Assembly (NCBI GenBank): GCA_000004985.1
Contig: GG738874.1
Reading direction: 5' to 3' (one strand)
DNA: 64,000 bases
Source: Naegleria gruberi
Lineage: Eukaryota
In this document: positions 55,829 to 64,000 of the stretch, in pieces
Numbering within the stretch: the stretch's first letter is position 1
Layout of the letters: every line of letters starts with the position of its first letter
Position numbers and translations under genes: made by a program
The notes under the pieces: model-generated
Told to the model about the DNA's origin: nothing
Seen by the model: the letters and a program-made list of their open reading frames with translations, nothing else
Databases searched by the model: none

Positions 55829-57446
55829 ATGACTTTTGGCATTTCATTGATGTCTTCAGAGACAATGGCCAATTCAACAATCTATGCTAATCAGACATAT
55901 TGTGATGAAGCTCTTTTCAACTTGCCGTCATCAATATATTTGGACTCTATTCCACAAATCATAAACGGAGTTTGTCCTGACACCATTTTCACACCAATTT
56001 CATCGAGCTTGGTCCTATTGAACCATCTTATCATTGTCTTTGTGGGGCTAGCTGGTGTCATTTACAAACGCAACAATGCTCATATAAGATATAGAAGTCC
56101 AGTTTATTTGTATTGGAGTATGTTTGCTAGTACTCTCCTTGTGGGTATTAGTTGTTTGAGGTTTATGATTGGGAGGACTATCTTTCCATGCCCGTTGCAT
56201 GCTGTTACCTTCTTTATATTTCCACAAGTTTTAATGATGCCGTCCATTCTGAAATGTTTTAGAGTGTTTCTTCTATATAGGATAAATTTGGAAAAAAGTA
56301 AAGTTCACAATGAGGCTAGATTTTCAATTGCTGTTAAAGAAAAAGGCATAGAATTGGAGTCAAAGGAATTATCTGAAGGCTCTCCTGCTGTTGGTACGCC
56401 TGAATTGAATACCAGTTCATCAAATATCATGTCAATTGCCACCGATGATGACAGATCAAGTGAAGCAGGTGAAGCACTGTCTGAAATTTCCACAACCCAA
56501 ACTAGAAAAATCAAAATCCTTGAATTTCTAGCCAGTACCAAATTTGCCACCATCATTTACATATCCTTACTCATTTTCCATCTTTGTTTTTGGTTAATTT
56601 TTTCAGGAATTGACCAAGCAATTTCCAATTCAGGAAATCCAGGCAAAACCATCGTTCTACAAGTTGGTTTACTAGATTTCACCAAAGGATGTGTCTCCTC
56701 ATCCAATGCAGTCCTCCTCGTAGCAGCTCAATGCATCTTTTACTTGATTATTGAAATAATCGTCTTTGTCTTGTTTGCTTTTTTCACAGATCGAGATACT
56801 TGGGGAATGAAGAGAGAAACCTTTGTTCTGATTTCGTTTCAAGTGGTGGCTGCCATTTTATACATTGCTTTGGGGAGTATTGGGATTATTAAGACTCTGG
56901 TTGATTATTTTGTGGCGTATGCTCATGTGATTTTGATTTATGTTGGATTGGAATTGTGTGTGAATGTTGTGGCACCTGTTGGATATGCATTTATGATGGA
57001 TTGGAAGGAGGGAAGAGGAGAGGAGATGGATACAGTTGGAGGGTTTTTGCAGGATAAAAAGAATGTTGAAAATTTGTTGGATTTTGCCAGAAGAAGGTAA
57101 TTATTTTTTAATTTTTTAATTTTTTTTTATTTTAATTTCCAAAATTAGTTATTGTCCAGAAAATGTCTTATTTTGGAGAGATGTTCAAAGATTTAAAAAA
57201 TCCAACAAGAAGAATAGAAACAAAATGGCCCAAGTCCTCATTAACACCTACATGAAGCAAACTTCTCCTGTCGAATTGAATTTACCAAGTGAATTGAGTA
57301 AATTAATTCCAAATTTAGAAATTCAAGCTAATGAAACAACTCCAGTCGATGCAAATATCTTCCAACAATTTGAATTGCATTGCTTGAATGATTTGTGTGA
57401 TATTTTCACAAGATTTAAGGCCTCCACCAAATATGGAAATAATTAA
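55829..57446 (+). CDS. 7TM-RGS fusion protein (seven-transmembrane domain with C-terminal RGS domain), two exons: join(55829..57096,57149..57446)
   Basis: True ATG 55829. Seven predicted TM helices, with a ~100-aa hydrophilic loop between TM3 and TM4. Exon 1 ends ...ENLLDFARRR in phase 2 before GTAATT. The 52-nt AT-rich intron ends ...aaattAG. Exon 2 begins SYCPENVLFWRDVQRFKK..., the RGS signature (FSxENLxFWxAxExFKK), and continues ~95 aa to a TAA. Confidence 0.6.
57097..57148 (+). other. Intron, 52 nt, GTAATT...AATTAG, phase 2
   Basis: Joins the 7TM ORF to the RGS-encoding ORF in frame; the intron is extremely AT-rich. Confidence 0.55.
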
Positions 57447-57478
57447 TATGTAACAATTTTATTTTTTTATGGAATAAT

Positions 57479-58981
57479 TTACAATTTACTGGCAAATCCT
57501 GAGAATGAATTTGTTTCAGATGAATGGAAATTAATTTCATCACGAATGGAATTGGACCAAACCATAGGTTTACCTGTCAAATCTCTGACATCTGTAAATA
57601 ATAGTTTAGAATAGTTTCTACTGGATGCTTGAGTAATCTTCATCAATGGACTCTTTCTTACTTGTTTAGGATCCAAGAGTTTCAAATCTTGGAAGCTGTA
57701 ATACAATTTGGCGAAACTCAAGTTTGAGTTTTCATACGAATCTAGAATAAACTTGTTGAAATCGTAATCACCCAATGTAACGAAGATAATATTTGCTACT
57801 TGTGCATTGTTCTCCAACTTTGAGTTTTCCAATTTGGAAAAGACAATATTCTTGACATCTGAAACTAGTTTCGAATATTGTGAACGATTCAATGGCATTG
57901 GACCTTCATGGCTTTCATCCATCGAATGAGAAACAATGTTGTTCACCATGAAACTTGGAATTCTTTCACCAGTTTCTTTCATTTCTGCATATTTACACTT
58001 CCATAATTGGAAAGTAAAGTTTTCTTTCGTATTTACATAACAACCAGCAAATGAATCATGTAAATAAACACAATCTAAATCCTGAATCAAGAATCCATCA
58101 TTACCATAAACATCTTTCATTGTAGAAACATAATCTTGCACATCATCAATTTCCCTCACATTCGTCTCGTTTTTTTCTTCACCTTCTCTCTTAACATTCA
58201 TACCAATAAATGTCAATTTCTGATCACCAACGAACATGCCACAATTCCTAGTCATACCAACACTCTTCATATTATCTTCAAAGATGTTACAGTATCCATA
58301 TCTAGCACCCATCCTTTTTTGGATAAGTACTGCCAAATACATCATTAAATATTTGGAATCAAAGTTTGCTCTCATCCTCGTATTAACCCATCCACTGCCA
58401 TTAACTCCTACTTTCATTTGTTTTCCATTGATGAAGGCATCTTTGATGGAGAAGGCATAAATGCTTGCTGGAATGGCTTGGAATAGGTCAACTGAAGAAA
58501 GTGGAGAATTGAGTGGTGTTGCATCTTGTGGAAGTTCTTTAATGTAGACGATGAAGTGATGGGCTGAATGTTTGAATTGAGAGTATTGAGACCATCTTTC
58601 GTATAGATTCTCATGGACCTTTAGCATGGAAACAAGTTTCTTATCGTTGAGATAGTAAAAGTATTCGTCGAAACATTCCTTTTGTTTGTCGATGGCAGCT
58701 AATTCTTGTTGGAACCATGATTGGAGAGGGGAGTTGTTTTGATTCGTCTTGTTTCCAATATCTTTCATTGTCTTGATTGATGCGCTGTGGTAAATCTTGG
58801 CCAACATGGGATTTTGTGGATGTAAGAGAAAGACCAAATAGAAAGGTTTCTCGCTCACTGTATTCTTCGAATCTAAACTTGGCGAAACTACTTTAAAATC
58901 TTTAGTGTAGAATAAGTATTGATGAGTGAGCAACATGTCCACATGTTGTTCTGTAATAACATTCTGATAAGCTGCCTCCAT
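57479..58981 (-). CDS. Hypothetical protein, 500 aa, ending in -SKL (PTS1-like peroxisomal targeting tripeptide)
   Basis: True ATG at 58981 and a long ORF. C-terminus ...FSGFASKL*. No other domain recognised. Confidence 0.45.
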   Translation of the reverse strand: MEAAYQNVITEQHVDMLLTHQYLFYTKDFKVVSPSLDSKNTVSEKPFYLVFLLHPQNPMLAKIYHSASIKTMKDIGNKTNQNNSPLQSWFQQELAAIDKQKECFDEYFYYLNDKKLVSMLKVHENLYERWSQYSQFKHSAHHFIVYIKELPQDATPLNSPLSSVDLFQAIPASIYAFSIKDAFINGKQMKVGVNGSGWVNTRMRANFDSKYLMMYLAVLIQKRMGARYGYCNIFEDNMKSVGMTRNCGMFVGDQKLTFIGMNVKREGEEKNETNVREIDDVQDYVSTMKDVYGNDGFLIQDLDCVYLHDSFAGCYVNTKENFTFQLWKCKYAEMKETGERIPSFMVNNIVSHSMDESHEGPMPLNRSQYSKLVSDVKNIVFSKLENSKLENNAQVANIIFVTLGDYDFNKFILDSYENSNLSFAKLYYSFQDLKLLDPKQVRKSPLMKITQASSRNYSKLLFTDVRDLTGKPMVWSNSIRDEINFHSSETNSFSGFASKL

Positions 58982-60015
58982 TTTCTTTTTTTTGTGTTAC
59001 CAATAATTATTCGAAACAGAGAAACTGTATTAAGGTGGATTGCACTGGATTGTTCTAGTTGATTGGGTGGTGCCAATGATTATCTCTGATTTCCTTTTTT
59101 ATCATGTTTAAAAACAATCTTATAGATAAAAACGAAAAGATTCTATTGATTGAAGAAAAATTTTTACAAGCTGGAAGATCTAGTAATCAAAGATCAGCAG
59201 ATCTATTGGTTGACCAAAAGATTGACGTGTGCTATTCATTTTAAATAGTGTATTGTTTGTGAGACGGTGTTACACTTTCAAAATCTCGCGAATTAATTGT
59301 ATTGGCTATTGGATGTTGTAAATTCAATGTCCAATTACAAAAAGTGGACGGTTGAACATTCATTTGATGATGATTAGAAATTTTTAACATTTGTGTGGTT
59401 TTTGTCTGTCGTTCATTCTACTTGATCCTTAATGCCGCAGTTGCTCTTGTCAATGTGGAGAGTTTCTGCAGGACTTGTCTGCGTTACTAATCTGGATCAT
59501 GAGTTCTTTGAAAAATTAGTTTGCTCTTCTGTGCATATAGTTAGTTTGTATGTCAGACAACTCTTTCATAGGAATCTTTATGTTGGGGAAATTTGTTCTT
59601 CTATTGATCATGGCATGAGATGATCATCAAGATTACATGAAATGTAAAGGATTTGATCAAGGATATATTAGAAATGAAGTCTTTAAGATATAAAAGAAGA
59701 AACTGGTCTTTTTGGAATTAATTAAATAATTATTTACAAAATTCTCAATTAATTTTGCATTTCTAATTTTCAAACAAAGCTGTAAAGGTGGATTTGACTC
59801 AAATATTTCAGAATTTCACAAACAAGAACCTAAAATAATTGAAATGCTATAGTACTAATTGTCATGATAATTTCCTATTATGTATTCTGTTGCCGTAGGA
59901 TTGACCTATTCGAATTCTTTCGGCTAACACTAAAAAGGGATATCCGTGTCTTGTTAGCGACCTCACAAATCAAATTTATTATTTAAACACAAAACTTAAA
60001 AACAACAACATCAAC

Positions 60016-62632
60016 ATGGTTACCCAACTCGTTTTTACTTTTCTCTTCTTTTTCTTGTGTTTGGTTTCTTCTTCCTTCTCCTTTCCAACAAAAATTATTC
60101 ACTTTACAGAAATTAGTACAACAACACAAAATGTAGAAATTTACGGAGCATTCAACTACTTTTCGATATTTACATGGAAAGGGCTGGGAATTAAATCACT
60201 TTCACAATTAAACATTTCGTCCAATGCACAACTTTCCGAAATATTTTCAAAATATCAAAGTTATGCATTACAACGAATAACAACAAACCAGCATGACAAC
60301 CAGCAGCAGCAGAATAGTAAATTCACAATTGTTTGCTCTCACTTGTATCCATGTCGTAGAATTTGGAAAATTCTCGACTTGAATAGTAATTATTTCGAAT
60401 TACTAATAATACCCAACATGTATCCTGATTGTGTCCGTGGATCAGTATTGGAATTGGGTGATGGATTTTTGGCAACTTCAATGGATTTTGCTCGACTTGT
60501 TAGAGTGAATCAAGTTGCAACGAGGAAGGGTTTATTTAGAGAACATTATGATAATAGTATGATACAAATAGATACAAGGTATGATCCTTATGATTTCTAT
60601 TCGATTCCACTTGTGCCCACACAATTACTTCTGTCTGTGCATGCAGCAGCAGCCATCATCAGCAACAAGTGTTGACATGTCAACAATATCTGAGAATGAA
60701 ATCAGATCATTCTCAGATATTGTTGAGGATCATCTTCATTTCATTAACGATCAGGGATTGAGTTGTAAAAGTAGTCAAATTCATGATTCGTATGTTTGGG
60801 ATAAATTACATGGTCTAGTAGATGTAGGATCGAGTCATTTGACCTTCCTCAACAATCTCACAACATCTATAGTGGGATTTCCTGTCAATATTACATATAA
60901 TAGAGATCCATTAGTAGAATATAGAACATTTATAATTGAGGGAGGAGGAAGAAATGTCTTTAGACTAAGTACTCCAGATTATGTCAACACATTGTTATGG
61001 AATTCTACATGTCACTTTTGTTCATCCACTGAATGTTTGGCAGAATCTATGGCAAGTAACGATTATTTCATTTTCGTATATTCTGTACCTAGTATTATAT
61101 ATTATTTGAGTTTTTTTGGATTGGGAATGTTCAGAAAACCATCAATGAGAAATAGATTATTAATTCCTTATATATTACCAATATGTATAATTGTCTTTGA
61201 AGTTTGCTGGTCGGCATTCATTGTGAATACTTGTAAATCAGTATTCTCAATTGTTTCCTTGTTAATTCTTGGATTTTTTACAATTCTAAATGGAATTGTT
61301 GTTCTTCGAATTAAGGGAGCACAAATATTGTATCATAGAATGATTGGGAGGGAAAATAGTTCCAAATTAATCAAATTACTAGTTTCGGAAAGGCTGGGAT
61401 GGATATTATGTATTATCATTCCAAGTATTTTCATGTTGATTTATGGAATACCTCCATTGTTTGTTTCCATCTTTGATTTCCACAAGATTTTATACATTAA
61501 TAATTTGATATTTGTTGCCTTTGCATGTATTGGATCAATTACTGCCTTGTTGTATAACACTATTGATTTACTATTTAATTGGAATCATCTCCGAGAAAAA
61601 GGTTTGTTAATTATATTATAATAATATTTAAATTAATAATTACTATAATTATTATTATTATTATTATTATTGTAAATTAATTTAGGAATATTTTACTATT
61701 TGTTTTTCCAAGATCCTCTCTATCTTCGATTAGATACTCTATCAATATCCTTAACAATTGTTCCCCTAGCCATCTATATCGGAATTAATGTCATCTACTC
61801 ACTTTCCTACCAATCTGTTGCTAGTAATATTATACGATTAATTATCTCAACATGGCTCTTACTATCATGTGGCGGCTTTGCAATGATTGTTGAGATGGTT
61901 TACATGTTATTAAACTCGAGGAAAGTATCATCCCCGAATAGAGATTCAAAAACTGATGATATCAAATATCTACTATTGAAGAATGAAAAGTTTACCTCTC
62001 TTTTCAAAGAGTATTGTGAAGGAGAATTAAGCGTTGAAAATTACTTCTTCTATCAGGAATTGATCAATATTCAGAATGCAAATTGTGTTTCCAAAGAACA
62101 ATTACAAAAGTTGGAATCCAAATTCATCAACACTTATGCAGTATTCCGTGTAAATATTTCAAATAATTGTAGGAAGGAATTCTACAAGACTTTAAAAGAG
62201 GTTAAGCAATCTACAACCTCTAGTTTTGTTCTTGATCGTTATCTTGAAGAGAAACCAAAAAGTGATCAAGACAGGAAACGAGAATTTAAAAGCTTAATTG
62301 TACATCAATCCCAAGATAACCTAATGGAGCATGTTGACATTTCAGAGAATGTTGTAAATACTCCACTCTCATCACCACCAATAAGGAGTCACAGCAGTAG
62401 CAATGCTTCTTATCTGAAGGATAGTTTGAGTATTAAAGTTTGTGGCACGATTGAAAATTTACTGCTCGGCATTCAATTGAATATTCAAGAGACTTTCACC
62501 CGATTCCAAAATACTAGAGAATACAGACAATGTCTTGCTGAGAGCAGTGAATTATCAGCAGTGGCCTCTACATCAACTACGCCCAACTCCAACAACAGGA
62601 AGAACCTTGCAGTAAGATTTGATGATGAATAA
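60016..62632 (+). CDS. Second 7TM-RGS protein: signal peptide and extracellular N-domain, seven TM helices, C-terminal RGS domain. At least three exons, approx. join(60016..~60578, ~60650..61601, 61686..62632)
   Basis: ATG 60016 with signal peptide MVTQLVFTFLFFFLCLVSSSFS. A +1 frame change between ~60579 and ~60670 (GTATGA donor at 60579; several possible acceptors) implies an intron or a sequence error. The 7TM region ends ...NWNHLREKG in phase 1 at GTTTGT 61602. An 84-nt AT-rich intron containing a (tta)n tract ends ttaatttAG at 61685. The last exon has TM6-7 and FTSLFKEYCEGELSVENYFFYQELINIQ, the RGS signature. Confidence 0.5.
61602..61685 (+). other. Intron, 84 nt, GTTTGT...TTTAG, containing a (TTA)7 microsatellite at 61649-61671
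   Basis: Phase-1 junction joins ...REKG to G-IFYYLFFQDPLYL... in frame with the downstream ORF. Confidence 0.5.
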
Positions 62633-62787
62633 AATCATCGTGATGAGGTTTTTTTAAGGAATTTTTTGTTAAGGTTTTTTTGAAGTTGCAACAACACTGT
62701 GTAAAGTTTTGATGGCCATTATTACGACCTAAAAGACTTCATAAGGAACCAAGAGTGGAACATTTTTGTACTGTATCAATGATTTAT

Positions 62788-64000
62788 TTAAAAATCGTAT
62801 TTCTTCTTTTTGAGTTTATCAACCTTAATCTTATCAATCTTCATTTCACGTTGGAAAGCAAGAGATTGTTTGAATCTGTGGTGAGTATCCATCATTACCA
62901 AACAAGTTTCCTTTTCCAAAATATTGAACATATCTTCTGGTAGTGTTTCAATTTGCTTATCGTTGTAACTGTCAAGCTTATCCTTGACAGCATCAGTAAG
63001 AACATGAGAAATATTGACAGCCATATCACCAGTAACTTCCAAAAATTCAGTAAATATCTCAAAAGCAACTTCATACTTTTTGGCTTCAACTTCAGCATAT
63101 TCTTTTTCAAGTGGGGAAAGCTTCTTTTTTCCAGAGTGGGCTGAATCACCTGAAACACCTGAAATTTCACTAGAAACATCACTTTGTACATTGCTTTCTC
63201 CGAATAATCTCATTTGCAAGTCAATGGAACGTTCGCACAATGATCTATAATAATGAATCTTTTCCAAGAGTAAAAAGTTTTCAGTTGACTTTTCCTTTTC
63301 ACAATGTATCTTAAATAATGTTCTCAATCCATCATCCTCCATAGTGTCCATCAACATGACAGCATTGGCACGACGAATCTTCTCCAAATATAATGAGTCA
63401 CGGTTAATGGCATAAGTAAAGACAAATACAATGATTGGCAAAATGACGAATAGTGAAACGGCAATGACAATCAATTGAACCAAAGTAATGGCCAGAACAT
63501 TCTTGTCTTTGGTACTTTCTTTCTCTTGTACAAAGGTGACCAATTTATCGAGACCTTCTTGGAAAGTTGTCTTGATTGTATTGTATGATGTTGAACTCAG
63601 TCTTGTTTTGGCATCTTCTGGTTGTGTTCTGATAATTAGTAATATCTGAGAATTTGCTCCATCCCAATTATTTGAAGCCTCAACAGTTGTAGAGTTAAAC
63701 ATGGTCTGAATGGAAGCATCATCCACGTTCTTTAAAATTGTTTGTAAGGTTTTTTTCAGTGTTTGAGTAGAGTTTTTATACTCTTCCTGAACTAGTAATC
63801 TCTGATCTTCTGATGAGTAACCAGTATAAGTATACTTTAAAACTAGAGCATTGGAGCTTTCAAAGATGGAAGTAACTTTACCAACAGCAATTAAAATATC
63901 GGTTGACTTGGTTGTGGTAGCAACGAATGCAGCAACAGCTACGCCAGCCAATACTAACAAACCAATAACTGTCACCATCATACCTAGTAAACAAGCCAAT
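62788..64000 (-). CDS. Membrane-anchored RGS-domain protein paralog (2 TM + RGS), 5' partial; the start lies beyond the window end
   Basis: Single ORF encoding TM1 (ACLLGMMVTVIGLLVLAGVAVAAFV), an extracellular segment, TM2 (ITLVQLIVIAVSLFVILPIIVFVFTYAI) and RGS core (LRTLFKIHCEKEKSTENFLLLEKIHYYR). Stop at 62788. No ATG within the window (the ORF-track start is TTG). Confidence 0.55.
   Translation of the reverse strand, partial: LACLLGMMVTVIGLLVLAGVAVAAFVATTTKSTDILIAVGKVTSIFESSNALVLKYTYTGYSSEDQRLLVQEEYKNSTQTLKKTLQTILKNVDDASIQTMFNSTTVEASNNWDGANSQILLIIRTQPEDAKTRLSSTSYNTIKTTFQEGLDKLVTFVQEKESTKDKNVLAITLVQLIVIAVSLFVILPIIVFVFTYAINRDSLYLEKIRRANAVMLMDTMEDDGLRTLFKIHCEKEKSTENFLLLEKIHYYRSLCERSIDLQMRLFGESNVQSDVSSEISGVSGDSAHSGKKKLSPLEKEYAEVEAKKYEVAFEIFTEFLEVTGDMAVNISHVLTDAVKDKLDSYNDKQIETLPEDMFNILEKETCLVMMDTHHRFKQSLAFQREMKIDKIKVDKLKKKKYDF

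Noticed and set aside
1-64000. Prokaryotic interpretation (operons, defence islands) suggested by the six-frame ORF track
   Set aside because: Several ORF pairs are joined by canonical GT...AG introns that restore conserved motifs. The proteins are eukaryote-type (G-alpha, EGF/NHL, N-myristoylation, PTS1). The ORF starts supplied by the track are often TTG or other non-ATG codons.

Overview
This 64-kb window reads as nuclear DNA from an AT-rich (~33% GC) unicellular eukaryote, not a prokaryote. Several long ORF pairs are joined by short spliceosomal introns with GTAAGT/GTATGT donors and YAG acceptors, 45-130 nt long. Encoded proteins include N-myristoylated G-alpha-like proteins, EGF/NHL receptors, a VWD domain and a PTS1 signal. 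Codon bias is yeast-like (TTG, AAG, AGA, GGT, CCA, TCT), and four N runs mark a draft scaffold. Gene content plus codon bias fit a free-living amoeboid protist such as a heterolobosean (Naegleria-like), but this is inference only. The ORF track evidently allows TTG/CTG/GTG starts, since several of its 'M' residues are not ATG; true starts were re-derived where possible. The window is dense in heterotrimeric G-protein and cyclic-nucleotide signalling genes. There are two divergent G-alpha-like proteins with an MGxKLS N-terminus but degenerate catalytic motifs. Each sits head-to-head with a 7TM protein, and one partner is a 7TM-RGS fusion. A second 7TM-RGS gene is present. Three paralogous 2TM membrane-anchored RGS proteins occur, one truncated at each window edge. 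A tandem pair of multi-TM PAS/class III nucleotidyl cyclases is present. Its second copy is disrupted by a 5-bp deletion and by a 1.07-kb duplicated block between two 50-N gaps. There is a 1848-aa NHL-repeat/EGF-array type I membrane protein. Four tandem giant lysine-rich low-complexity secreted proteins occur, two with an N-terminal VWD-like GDPH domain and a conserved intron position. Also present are a secreted DyP-type peroxidase, an F-box/LRR protein, an intron-containing APE1/ExoIII-family AP endonuclease, and a protein ending in SKL. No rRNA, tRNA, CRISPR or transposon signatures were recognised.
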